From assembly GCA_002633005.1 (NCBI GenBank), contig NMRA01000639.1, positions 168,456 to 232,455 of the forward strand: DNA of 64,000 nt. The letters are read 5' to 3'. Positions within the stretch are counted from its first letter, which is position 1. Every line of letters begins with the position of its first letter. The position numbers and the translations under genes are program-made. This DNA is from Phoronis australis. Its lineage: Eukaryota > Animalia > Phoronida. Positions 33,001 to 45,750 of the stretch are shown piece by piece. A model generated the notes under the pieces. That model was given only the letters and a program-made list of their open reading frames with translations. It made no database searches and was not told where the DNA came from.

Positions 33001-36000
33001 TAATGCTAGTTACTGAGTCCATACACTCAGGAATGGCACCATAGTAAAATTCACTTGATGAGAAATTTATTTACAGTGCGAAAGTATTTCTGGAAAGCAT
33101 TGTTACTTAGTTCTTCATCTAATTACTTTTAGGCTTTATTTGCCTGTCTAAAAAACTCAGTAATTGAAGATCTGGAATTGTATTTGGGAGATCCTGGGTT
33201 GGGACAGATGTGTTTTTCACAATTACAAGAAGAGCCTATACAATTAGGTATATCAGGACACATTATTGGAAAAATTGCCTATGTTCAGGAAAGTGTTTTT
33301 CCTTACTTGAATATGGTGTCAAACACTTTAAAAAGTGTTTGACACCATATTTATGTAAGGAAATTTTAGATCCGATTTCAGTGTATCCAACTTTTAACTC
33401 AGTAGCCTGAGAAAACTTCTTCAGAGGGTTGCACAACTTTATCAAGCCAATGGTCTTTTTTGGGTAACTATGCAAACGTCTCCTTTCCAATAACAGCCCA
33501 AGAGGACCGTACACCAGAATTCATCCATGGCCCATTGATAACATATGAATATTACATTAGTTAATATCACACATTTCTCGACACAAAAAAGAAATGTATC
33601 TCAATATCAACAATGGCACACAAATGGTCAAGACCTACCAAAGATGGAATTTTCTTCAGAACAGCCTCCCCCTGCCAGCTCCATGGAGTTCTGTTTCTCG
33701 GCCCTTTTTTCTTCGCTACAGGATTGGCTTCTTTAGTTGTCTCATTCTCTAACCCTGTATCCTTCTTCTTGCTCCTCTCCTTTGACTTTAACACCTTCTG
33801 GTCTAAGCTCTTATCACCTTTCAATGTTGCACTCTTCTTTATAGACTTTTGGGAGGCTTTCGATTCAACGGACTCGCGTTCCTTGGATTGTTTACTGCAA
33901 TGCTTTTTCACGTTCTTTGGCTCAATGGCAGTGTGGGATATTAGGTGTTTCTGTTCTGCACAATGGGCCGGTGGGAAAGGTCTAATGGCCACAGGGTGTT
34001 GGATTAGGCAAGCGTCGCGGCTAGCCTGAAGCATAGACCCCGCCTGATCAGGAAGAGCCTGAATCAGAGGTCCTGCTGGCTGGAAAAAACCTGAAATGAT
34101 CACGTCACATTAACATGCAGCATTAGTGTGAACTGAACAGTGGACATTTCGACAAAGCTAAGTTGCAAATCATTTGCAATTTGACGCGATTTTAGAGATA
34201 CATCTCCAGGCTGTTTTATTGAATACAGGTATGTCCTTGTTACATATCAATACATCAAGAGTAGAAACAGAACATCAGCATGGCGGCATTTGTGTGATAA
34301 GGGACCAAGGTCCCAGTTGGGCAGATAATTATAAATAACATGGACATGCAATGACCATTGATATCCTTAATCCAATAGATATAGTGCACTACAGTCATAC
34401 CAGAGCTTAGAAATAACCTACATTAAAAGTGTAGGAAGGTTTTCCTTTTTGTGGAGCAAAGAAAAAGCGAGTGCACCCTGATTACCACCTGTTTGTGCCC
34501 AGGATGGAAATAGTTTCACCTCCCTCTACAGTCAGCACCTGTTTCACCTGCCTCTGCAGTCAGCACCTATTTTGCTCAACTATGGTTGCCACTACCTTTC
34601 ATCGCCTCTTAAGCATCATCTAATACACCTTTAAGCCATTCAAGAAGCATTTCTCTTAAACAGTCTGTTCAGTGAGTGGGACGTGCTGTCCCCCCCTGGA
34701 CGCCCACTTCTAATGCCTCCGAAAGTACTGCAGTGAGTAATTTCACAATATCATAAAGAGGCAGACATAACTTCGTCGCAACAATACAATCACTACTTCA
34801 CATACCTTGTTGGTAGACTGACGGATAACCTGGCACGGAGAATGCACTTCTGTAGCCTGGCATCATCGGCAGGTTGGTTATACTGCCAATTCCACTGACA
34901 GTGTATGACTGGAACTGCGAGCTGGGCACAATAGGGGGCACTGGTGTACACTGGTAGCTAGCCATGGTGATAGCAGGTTGTGGATGCATCGGTGGTGGCA
35001 TTTGGGGTGTCGGTGGCAGTAGATCAGTCTTGACAGGACTAGGCCCCAGACTAGACGATTGCTGCAATAGGCTGAGGTTGGTCCAATGAATGGTGTTCTC
35101 CGATTGCATCATTGGTCGGTTATCACATAACATCATCATGTGTCCCGTGGCCATTTTAGGCTCAGGGAGAGGTTTCAATGTGGTCATGGTGTTTACTGAC
35201 ATTTTAGACATATTCTTTTCACTGAAGTCCCTCTTGAGAGCCTCGAACGCATCGTCTTCGGACATGTCCATCTTACATTCTGACTTATTGGTTAAAGTGG
35301 GATCCACTTCACTCTCAAGCTTATTTATCTCACCGTCATGGGAAACAACGTCAACAACAATAACATTATCAACACTTTCCAACGAGCCTTCTTTCCTCCT
35401 GACTTTGATTTGAGTCTCCGTGCCATGAACCACATTCGTCGTTTTACCAATCTTTTTACCTTTTTTGTGAGCCGGAGATTGATAAGAGGCTTCTAAGATG
35501 GCTTTAGCATTCAGACTAGCCATGCGACTGGAATGTCTCCAATTTTCATAGTCACCTTCAGAAATCACCTGTTTTGATTTTCTGGCAGTTTTGGTTTTGC
35601 CTTTGGCAACAGTGCACTTTTTAACGATGCAGCTTTTATTGCACAATTCTTTCTTTGCAGTTTTCTTCTCCTTCCTCAAGTGGTTGTTAGCAATTTCTTT
35701 TGTTCCAGACTTTCTGGTCTTGGACGATTTTGCCACCGTTGTTTTTGCGTCACTGGCAGCCAATTTAGAGTTCACGATCTTCCTGGGGTTTGCTTTATTC
35801 AGACTTTTAATCTTATTGCGTACCAAGCATGCCAGCGGTACGTCGTCTTCCTCGTTGGCAATGGGCGACAGCATTGATTGCTGCTTCAATTGGTCACGCT
35901 TAGTTGATTGCAAGTCATAGAGGACATTTACTTTTGCTTGAGCATTTAAACTGGCTTCTCTACGCAGAAAAGTAGGCCTGACATCATTGACCAACTTCTT

Positions 36001-36360
36001 TACGGTCTTGCTTTTGGTAATATGTTTTTGATGTCGACTAGTCGACTTAGTCGTAGATTGTACAGCCACTGGAGTTAACTTTCCCTTCTTATCTTTGGGC
36101 AGACCTTTTTCTTTACCTCCTCCCAATGACGAACACTCGCTTCTCGCCCTGGCAGTCTTACACGGAGAAACTTTGGTGCGTTTGTCGGGCCTTTGATTGT
36201 CATCACAACTAGTTTCTCGGAATTTTCTTTTGTCCGCTTTCTTGGTGATATTGGTTTCTTTTGTTAAAATTGTGCCGGGCCAGATGGACTCATTATAGGT
36301 CACAATTTTCTCAGCTGCTCGACGACTCCCAATATGATGGCGGGACTTGTAGCGATTCAT
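30050..36360 (-). CDS. BAHD1: Bromo-adjacent homology domain-containing 1 (H3K27me3 reader family), 5 coding exons, ~835 aa
   Basis: Exons 36360-34806, ~34072(or 34090)-33639, 32142-31980, 31177-31009 and 30236-30050. The C-terminal BAH domain reads [29 protein letters not shown]...MMSVLWYYRPEH...ELFTSKHWDETSVACIEDKAYVLT...VFLCRSVYDFRQKRILKNPS*, matching the BAHD1 C-terminus. The N-terminal region has RxASLNA motifs. Acceptor at 36402-36400 and an in-frame stop upstream of the ATG. Confidence 0.92.
30382..30528. repeat. ~50-bp diverged tandem repeat x3 (intronic)
   Basis: GATGCAGGCTTATCCCGAGGGGG..TCCACTATA.GGGCCCACAAAACAACT repeated three times with variation. Confidence 0.85.
32435..32970 (-). 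mobile_element. tRNA-derived SINE head interrupted by a MITE
   Basis: Minus strand: CAGCTCAATGG (A box, ~32969) and GGTTCGATT (B box, ~32460). They are separated by an insert with short TIRs (CGTGTTTCCC at 32488 ... GGGAAACGC at 32940). Confidence 0.4.
33298..33363. repeat. Inverted repeat/palindrome
   Basis: AATATGGTGTCAAACACTTT-aa-AAAGTGTTTGACACCATATT gives perfect 20-bp arms, extended by TTTCCTTAC/GTAAGGAAA. Confidence 0.9.
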
Positions 36361-37726
36361 TTCCAAACTTTAAACAGTCAATGACATAGTTCATTGAACC
36401 TGGAAAGAAAGAGGTGGTTCTTTGAGAACATCGTAAGAGGTAAATTCAATACGCTTTAAGGCAACACTAAAAAAACTAAATATCCAATACCTAAGACTTG
36501 AGTTCAGTTTGATATCCGAACCAGGTAATTTCTATCAGTGACAGAGATTTGATACTTTTCCCAAGTCCACAAATCAATTTTATGTACAAAAATTTTCCAC
36601 TTATTTTGCCCAAAATAAACCAAATATGTTTTCCAGATAATTGCAATATGCCAAATGAATTACATATACAGACTTCGTAGTTGACGACGGCTGAGTGAAA
36701 ATAACTTAAGTAAATAAGCATCGCCAACTGCTCGTGTGCTAATTTAACAAAATGCGGCCAACAGGTAACTAATGGACTCCAATGAACAGTAATGGCTTAA
36801 TTCTGTTCTAACATAGGAGTTGCTTTACCTAAACATTGGTGAAGACTATATGACTGAGTTACACAGCACTCATCCAATTCACCTCTTTAACATGTTACCA
36901 GCACAAGAACTGTACCCCGTATAAATCAATTAAACAAGTGGTGAATATGCAATGCTCAGAACTTATTAAGTAGGTTTCACAGGTGTGTATTACTAAAATC
37001 AATGACGGGGATTTGTATTGAAATTTTCCGAAGGGCAAAATTCTTGGTGTGCAAACTTAGACGAGTGTACTAAATAAGTGAAAGATTACTGTAATCTGAG
37101 TTAGAGGCCGTACAAATGAAGGCCAAATGTCTAGTAGCTGTTCCAATCCAATGGAATAGTATAACAAGAAGAATGAAATACAAAAATTGCAAAGCCACAC
37201 AGGAGTGTGGAAGTCTACATCCCTAACCATTCAAAAGGGAATGTTTATTTGGCAAATTTTACTCACTATGAAAGGTATTTTGAACCGTTTTAATAACTTT
37301 ATATAAAGGGAAATTAATGAAAGAAACCAATAAAAAGTAGCAATTCTCAAAGGTTGACACTGGGAGCAAGATGCACAACGCATGCCCTGTGTGTCTGGTC
37401 GGCTCAGGCTGTTGAATTACCGTAAGTCTCAACTTAATTCATACAAAATAAATTAAACAAACTTTCCTGATAGTCATATTGTAACAAATAAAGTGAATAT
37501 AAAGACTTCGTAGTTAACCAAGCATCACCAACAGCCCGTGTGTGCGAATGTAATGAAATGTGTTGTATGGTACAATTAACAGCAATTAAGTTACTTTACG
37601 CCATTCCAATATCTAAATATTTCAATATCTAAATATTTTATCTCTCTTTTGAGCATATGACTCTAAGCCAAGTCACACCACACTCATCTAGGTCACACGT
37701 TTTACCACACTGAACAACAGCATGTA

Positions 37727-37885
37727 CCGTAATCGTTCGGGTTAACGCCCTGGGCGGTTAAATTGGCGAACCCAAAAAATCGGGGGAGGGCGGTTAACCG
37801 AGCAGTGGGCGGTTAAATCGAAAATCCACCTAAAGTAGGGGATGGGCGGTTAACCGAACATGGGCGTTAACCCGAACAATTACGG
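37727..37885. mobile_element. Tc1/mariner-type MITE with TA TSD
   Basis: TA-CCGTAATCGTTCGGGTTAACGCCC...GGGCGTTAACCCGAACAATTACGG-TA: 24-bp TIR with 1 mismatch and internal GGGCGGTTAA repeats. Confidence 0.85.
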
Positions 37886-38990
37886 TAATATCTGGTGTGA
37901 ATGGATGAGTTAGGTGGTGAAATGTAGTGTTCACATCAAAGTAGTGTATTTCTTAATTGATTTTATTGAGCACACAATAGGCAACCAATTCTCAACAAAA
38001 GTAAAGATTAGGGACATCTTAGTGTATTACAAGCATGATTTGCAGCTGTGGATGTAACAAAACATTTGCTCAAGTTCCTGTTATATGCAAAAAGGTGACT
38101 GAAAATGGGAAAAGAACCATTTTCATTGGTAATTATTTATGAGTGATAGAAGAGGAGACTTGCCATATCTCAGTTTAAGAAATGTGTATTACAAGGATTA
38201 AGAGCGTGACATTTTTTGAAGTGCAAAACTGACTGCGTGCGAATTAGGTGAGGTAAAAAATTCCCAAAAAGTAGCCTCATACAAAATAAAAGAGGGACAA
38301 AACATTACAATATTGTACAACTAATTTTGGATGAATGAAATGAGGTGAATGTTTGAAATGAGTGGAAAAGGCATCATTGCTCAAGCCATATGGCAAATTG
38401 GTAAGAACCATGGCTGGGTGTCCTGAAAATCGGGGGAATCTTGGCTTTTGGGCACCATTATCACTATAGAAGAGCGAGAGAACACACCTTATTTGGAAAG
38501 GGTGACACATCTGGAACGTGTACACTCTGTGTTTGGAGAGTTGGTACTTCCTTTTTATGAAAAAGGTTCAAAATGCCATTCACCAGTTACAGACATAAAC
38601 AAAATACGTCTTCAGAAAAGGTTAAAACGTTCTCCTTTATGTGTTAGAACACTTTACTTTAAATGTTCTGTTAATTCTGGTTATACAATGATTTATTGTG
38701 GGCAGTTTCAAACCATAGGTCATTTTCTAGCTCAGATTAACTGTATTTTTCCAGCTCTTAGATTCAAACATCTACACTTGAGGTCTGCGCCAGAGAGAGC
38801 CTTGTTGAGGAACACACTTTACAACAGTGACGTGGTAGTTGACCACATTGACTTGGTCAACGACCACGTTGCCTCAGTGCCTAACAACTTCAACACACTG
38901 CATGATCGAGCTGACTTCTTCACCCTACCTACCATATGCGTACAACTGTCATATGCTGCTACAGTTGTATAGTTAGTAGCTCACGACAAA

Positions 38991-39341
38991 ATGTGCATGA
39001 AATGGCGAGACAACTTAGGATGGTTGAGAAAAATAATCCACACTAAATCTTTCATTGCACTTACGGAATTCGAATAGTCCGCCTACTTATAGAGTCTTTT
39101 CGAGTGTACTATGGAAACTTTCGTACTGTCCCAAATTTGAACGGATTAAAGGAACTTTTGCAATACAGTTTTAGAACAGTAGACTTAACATTCTTTCTCA
39201 ACCACAGTAGTTTTAGACCCAATGCAAAAGGTGATTTTTAGTGGACCAAAGTAAGTCAGATTACATAAGCGCAATACAAGGATTTGGTCTGGACTATTTT
39301 CTCGACCATCTTAAATTGTCCAACCATTTCCCGCGTACATG
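38991..39341. mobile_element. MITE with ~50-bp imperfect TIRs
   Basis: AAATGGCGAGACAACTTAGGATGGTTGAGAAAAATAATCCA pairs imperfectly with TGGACTATTTTCTCGACCATCTTAAATTGTCCAACCATTT. Confidence 0.6.
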
Positions 39342-39939
39342 CAGTTCTTCCCGTCACTTGGTGAACTCTCAACGATGTTGCTAACTGCATAAAACTTTAA
39401 GTGTATCGCAAAGCAAATCTAACAAGGATAGAAGGAGTAGTAATGATAACGCTTTTAAATGAAATCGTAGTCGGTGGTGTTGGAAAGGTGACATTTTGTG
39501 ACAGTAGGTTATCACGCTGATTTGAAATATATCCTAAAGGTGAACTCCTCCACAGCTTCTAACACAGAAGCAGCTTAAACCACCTGTCATACTGGGTCTA
39601 AAGTTCTTGTGGTTGAGGAAGAACATTAAATCTATAGAGCCAAAAGTCCTTATCACCTTGTGAACTGACTAAGTCAACACTGTAGAGCACAATGTTGCTG
39701 TAGTAAATTCCACCCTTCACTGCCACCTCTGTGGTGAGTGATGTATACTGTACTGTATATTATCAATAACAGCCACATCTGGGCCTATTGTTAGATCTAT
39801 ACCCATAATGATGTCTAATCTGATAAGAACTGATCCACCTGTGCTTTGGCAGCCAGGTCAACAGCACAGAAACAGCAAGTTTTTATATTACAGCAAAAAA
39901 TTTTCAGATTCGGACACAATATGGAGGAGAGGTGAAGTT

Positions 39940-40140
39940 TCATTTTGTCAAATTTCTCTCAACAAAAATGACTTCTCTGGAAAATTTACTTTGCTTTTAG
40001 CATGGTTTGTATGATGTAGCTGCTACCAGTTAACAAAAGGTAAAATGTTGAGGACTTGCAACAATGTGGTAAGCCTGTGAAAAATAGAAGTATGGCAATT
40101 TCCACAATTCTTATCATCCCAAATTCAATAATTTTTGCGA
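39940..40140 (+). repeat. Dispersed repeat, second copy at ~43195-43385
   Basis: Shared blocks CAAC.AAAAT.ACTT.TCTGGAAAAT, GCTTTTAGCA and TTGCAACAATGTGG.AAGCCT.TGAAAAA.AGAAGT. Confidence 0.7.
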
Positions 40141-40903
40141 TAGACAAATAAGTCACTTTTAATTCCTGTTATTCAGTGGAGAAAACTGGTTTTGAAAATG
40201 AGGGACCCCTGAAAGTGACTTCTACTCAAAGAATATGAATTCCTCACTAAACAATGAATACTTCAATTCTTGAATATTACAAACCTTTGACAAGAAGCCA
40301 ATTTATGAAAGTAATTCCCACTAACAAGGAACCAGTCAAAAGTAGTCATGCTGTAACCTGTAACAGGGAACAATAGGCTGGCCTGGCTGTTGAACAAAAC
40401 CTCCAGATGTTATGACAGATTAGGGACATTTTCTGGTCTGGGGTACAAGCCACTGAAGAATAAAATTACATAGTAATGTGCCTGACACAAAACTTAGTTG
40501 CACATTTGGTCGATCTTAACTCAGGCCTGGAGTTGTAATATCTGGTATTACTTGAATGATTGATCAACGTCCATGAATTCTTAACAGCTAGAACTGATTA
40601 CAATACAATCACCTTTGAGAAAGACCAAATCCGATACTAATACACCGTACATATCTCTACTATCACAAGCCGGACTGATTCGAGCTTTGCAGTCCAAACT
40701 TGCCAGGATTTCTATTAATATGTCACCAACTAAGGACACATTATGGATGACAATGACCAATAAATGTTAAAACAATTTTTAAGATCTCTGCCTTAGCTAC
40801 CATCAGGCAATGGTTCCAGACTTCCAGCAACTAAGGACTAATTCATAATCTGAAAAATGAAAAAAATTACCAACTGCTTTTGTCCAAAATTTGTTAGATT
40901 TTG

Positions 40904-40987
40904 TATAAATAGGTAAATAAAACAACAAGAATGGATCAACTCAAATTTCAGTTGATCCATTCTTGTTGTTTTATTTACCTATTTATA
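40904..40987. repeat. Perfect 38-bp-arm inverted repeat (84-bp near-palindrome)
   Basis: TATAAATAGGTAAATAAAACAACAAGAATGGATCAACT-caaatttc-AGTTGATCCATTCTTGTTGTTTTATTTACCTATTTATA. Confidence 0.95.
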
Positions 40988-42278
40988 TTCTAAATTTCGT
41001 GAAACAACAGTATCCTTGGGAGGATCTGGATCGCCTTATTTAGTTTCAGATTTATTTTCTACATTAGATTTTGTAGTAATACATCAAATATCGTACTAAT
41101 TCTGGTTAAAACCCCCTGGGTGCTTAAATAGGAAAGCTTGGAAATCGCGGGGGCGAGGCGCCTTACACAGAAATTGGAAATTTTAAGAAATTGGGTATGG
41201 GCACTCACCCATCCATGAACGATTAACTTGAGTTCGATAGTAGCCCCAGCCATCTATGACCTTCAAAACCGAAAATTCACCAGACCTGTGTTCAGAGAAT
41301 TTGCAGCAAGACTAGTTGCCCACACAGAAGTTGATTCAGCACTCTTTTACCGACACATGTATTCGAGTGTATTTGAGTAGCTAAGCATGCAATTTTGAAA
41401 TAAGAGAAAACACATATTGAAACGATACCACCAGAATTCTAGGACTAACCCACCAAATTGCTGTCATGAAAGTATGCTAATCTAAGTGCAGACTTCCTCA
41501 TTTTGTTTGCAGTTCTAATTTTGCTAAGACAAAAAAATTTCCTACCGAGAAAACTTCTGTGAAGCCTTGTATGCCTTGTTTGAATGACAAATAGATGCCT
41601 ATCACTTCGATAAAGAAGCTTCTTAAAATTGTGAAAAAGAATGGTTCTTTAGAAAAATAAATTTATTGTAGAATAAGTGAAAGACTGTGACTGTCAATAT
41701 TCTTGGTAAGTTTCAATTTCAACATTGTGTCTATTTTAATGCACTGCAGTAGACACTAACAGAATATGGTGTTCCTGGCAGGCACCATACCATCCAGCTC
41801 TAACTACACTCAACTCAAAAGTAATCCAAGTTTCCACATTTCCAAGCAAGTCATGCCGTTCTGAAAATCAATTTCGTGAGATAAATTACGGGCGGGTGCT
41901 AGTCTGAGTAGTGGGAGGTTGCTTAAAAATTCTCAAAAGCAGAGTTTGGCACTTAGCCAAGCAGTCGACCCTTAATCTGAAAATTATCAAAAGTGGAGGT
42001 TAGACACTTATGTGAGAATGGGTATCAAATCGAGTGTTTATATGGTATTACTTGGTCAACAAATACAAGCTCAGAATGTGTTCTTGTATTTACTGGCATG
42101 CATGTGGGCTTATTTACAGGTACAGGACCCTCGTTCATCCAATGGGAAATATGCCTGTGCCTTCTGAGAGGGGAAATCTCGGGGCGAAGGGAAAATTTCT
42201 ATCTCCCAATCACCATCGAGGACACCCCGCACTCTGACGCAAGCCCTCATAGGCTCTGCCTCAAGTAGCCAAATATAG

Positions 42279-42493
42279 CAGTGTTCTCCACACTCAAAAA
42301 TTCAAACAGGTCGCATTTATAACCACTTTGAAAATTTAGACACAGTGTGCAGTATGTGCATATCATAAAAAACGAAAAATGATACTTTTTGTTCAAAATA
42401 AAAAATCGATTGTGTCATGTGCTCTCTAAACAGGTCGGAGGCAAAATCAAACAGGTCGCGGCGACCTGTTAAAACAGGTCATGGAGAACACCG
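42279..42493. mobile_element. hAT-like MITE
   Basis: TIR CAGTGTTCTCCA ... TGGAGAACACCG, with internal AAACAGGTC repeats. No clear TSD. Confidence 0.55.
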
Positions 42494-44955
42494 ACTAACA
42501 TTTTGTGTTCTTTCAGATTGTCATCTGTGTTGAGTTACAAGTGATTCTAACCTCGATGGAAATTTTTTGGCATCATGATGGGAATTTCGCATGATGCCCA
42601 AAATATTTTTTAGGATTGAGGTCCCTGAGGCAGTATACAAGTTTTATCTTATAAAGCAAGTCTGAACAACAATTATTTAAAGCACAGTAGACAGACTACA
42701 AATAAAAAAACAGACATCATGAGGAGAACTGGTGACATGTGTTAATGGGATGTACCATTACCTTGAGGCAAAATTGTTTTTCGAGTACTGTACCATACCA
42801 TATGTCTATATAACTGTGAACATTTGTGAAAATCTGTACTGTCTACAAAGAAAACCAAAAAATCTGTCATATCTTCCTGAAAGCTCTCATGAAAATTAGC
42901 CCAACAGGGAATAGCATAAACTGCTTCATTTGTCATAAAAACATCCAAGCTCTAGTGAGATATAAACAGTGCCGTCAATTAATAAGCTTTTAATTCTCTT
43001 TAAATTTAGCTTCTAAATGGTAGAAAATGCTGAAACATCAAGTAAATGTCAGGAGTTGACATTAACAGTATCCTCACAACACGTAATTTTTGTAATTGGG
43101 CAAGTAAATTCGAAAGGCATGTCTGACTAGTTTCTTGATTTGAACAGTAAATGTGGTAAAAATTTGGGACACAATATGGCAGACAGATGATATTACATTC
43201 TATCATTTTTTTTCAACGAAAATAACTTTTCTGGAAAATATTTTGATACGCTTTTAGCAATGCTTTGCCATAACCAAACAACTTTTGGTAAAACTTTGAG
43301 CATTTGCAACAATGTGGAAAGCCTCTGAAAAACAGAAGTGGCGATATTTACAATTATTTCTGCTCCAAAATGAAGAATTTTTACCAAATAACCAGATCTA
43401 ATAGCATACAACAGTACTTGCAGTTGTCATGGTAATCATTGGTTTGAAGGCTAGTTTTGAACTCAGTAATTTGGGCAACAAGTTCTTTCCTTTGGGCAAA
43501 TGAATTTTTTTGGTGTACTTGCCTGACATGCGACTTAACAAAAAAGTTGTATTAAATTGTCTCTGAAAAATAACATCAGTAAAATACGACTTCAGTGTGA
43601 AAGAAACGCGACTTCTAATTTAGTTTAAATTCTCCATCTGAATATTATATACAACAATTAAACACAAATATTCAAGACAACAGACAAAGATCTCTGAAAC
43701 AAATTTCTTTAATTAGGTACACGGCTCAAGTTAAAAAACCTTTAGTCATTGAGCCAGATCAGAGAAAGAGACCTGACTGGGGAATGGACAACCAAGAGAT
43801 GCGATTTTCATTTGTTTGAGCACTAGTAGTACATGACCAGAAATCAATTTCCCACGAGCTCATAAAATTAAGCACTAAGTTGCAGTATGGCTGAAGCCAT
43901 ACATGAAATTGTATTTACCTATGTATAGCAAAAATAGTAACAGAATTTTTCCCCGACACTTTGAAAAGACGTTTCACAAAAATAGCAAGCAGAAGCACGC
44001 ATGAATACAGTTTGTACCTGTGGAGACCTCTCTTTCTTCAAAAGAAATTCTCATGCACTTTTTCATTGAAAAATACAATGCCCAGATGGGCAAATTGAAA
44101 AATAAGATAGACGAAATGTAACACTAGTGAAAATGTGTTTTGGGATGTTCAAATTCAAATAAATTTGTGGTTCATTTCTTCACATATTTTTGCTATAAGC
44201 TGGTGTACATTCCCTACATTACTGAAAAAGGTATTCAACTAGCGCTTTCTGTCCAAAAAACACAAAATTTTATTTAAGTCACTTACCAAATAAAAAAATG
44301 TTCCTGAAATTGCAGGGGATTTCTTCAGGGCTTTGATACAACTGACATTTTGTTATCATTTAAGATCAAACTCATATAATTTCAGGCCACGACCTCGGTC
44401 TGAAGAAACAACAAACGGACAATCAATTCTTCACTGCCACAGAGAACACTTCTAAAATGACTTCGGCACATGATAAAACCGATATCATAACGGCAAGTGG
44501 CCTAAATCAAAACATGGCTCACTGACAAAAACTATAGGTTTAATGCTGTTTCAAGGTATAGCCTTAACTATGAAGTACGATTACTTATACAAGTACTTCA
44601 TCTTTATGAACATCAGCAATGCAGAAAAGAGCTAAAAATAATGTCCAAGACACTGTGATGCTAAATGTCAACCAGGGTCCTCCCTGAGCAAAAATTCAAA
44701 CACGTTGTAAATTGCAACTGAAGTTTTTGCTACCTAACCTTCTTTTCGATGAATTCACAAAAACTAAAATTCTTATAATTACACATTATTTTCATTTGCT
44801 GAGCATGTCACTGTGATTTTTACTGGAAAACAGGTACCAGTATACAACACTACTTCAATCTCAGAAAGATTTCATACGTCAAACCAGGCAGTGAGGCACT
44901 AGAACTAGATTTTAATCATGGTTCAGAGCTTTACAAACACCGGTCAAGAACTCCA

Positions 44956-45000
44956 AACATGGTGCAACAACATGGTGCAACAACATGGTGCAACAACATG
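44956..45000. repeat. 13-bp tandem repeat x3
   Basis: Unit AACATGGTGCAAC. Confidence 0.85.
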
Positions 45001-45107
45001 TTGAATTGATGTAAGGAGAATCCTTCCAACACAGAAACATTTCAATTCCTTTTTCTCCATGATAGCAAGTAGCAGCATATATTGAAGAAAACAACAACGG
45101 TTTTAAG

Positions 45108-45153
45108 ACTTGACATGTTTCGGTGTCATTTATTCAACACCATCCTCAGAAGT
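45108..45153 (-). ncRNA. Minimal type I hammerhead ribozyme (Penelope-associated type)
   Basis: Minus strand: ACUU-CUGAGGA-U-GGUGUU-GAAUAAAU-GACACC-GAA-ACAUGU-C-AAGU. It has stem I (ACUU/AAGU), the CUGANGA core, a 6-bp stem II, GAAA, a palindromic stem III and a GUC cleavage triplet. Confidence 0.7.
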
Positions 45154-45616
45154 GATAATGCAGTAGCCACCTAGCTAGGCCCAGCAACAAGTAATGAAGC
45201 ACAGATTCAGTCAGTTACAGGGAGTGACATTCCGAGGTGTTACCGTATATCATATCACTCCATCTGAAAACGTCATGCCACAACCTACAATCTTACCCTT
45301 AGTTAGCCAGTCAACTAGACTACTCAGTACTAAGTATAACTAAGCGTCATATGGATCGGTGTGTGAAAATTCTACATAGACCTTGAAATTTCACACCACC
45401 TGGGTAGTTCTTCTCATCATCTTGTCATGAAACTTACATGACCATGTAGATCTAACAACCAAGTAGAGTGTGTGCAGAGTCTTGCCTGTGTCAACTGTAT
45501 ACTTAGGTGTGAAACAATCGAATAACGTTATTTTCTTCTACCATTCTCCAAACAACAGATAAGCCCCAGTTGTTTACATCACATCACTCCAAAGTAGTGC
45601 ATTTACATGGACGGTG

Positions 45617-45750
45617 CACCATAGGGGGCTGGGAGGGGGTATAGTCCCTACTTTTTTCAGAGCTGCACCGCCCATGGTCTATGGGGGGTTCACCATAGGG
45701 GGGCTGGGGGGTTATAGCCCCCCATTTTTTTCAGCAACGCCGCCCATGAT
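45617..45750. repeat. Two tandem ~70-bp G-rich repeat units (MITE-end-like)
   Basis: CACCATAGGGGG(G)CTGGG.GGG.TATAG.CCC...TTTTTTCAG...CGCCCATG occurs twice. Confidence 0.6.

Noticed and set aside
38448-38972. 174-aa ORF antisense in a BAHD1 intron
   Set aside because: TTG start, no recognisable domain and no splice support.
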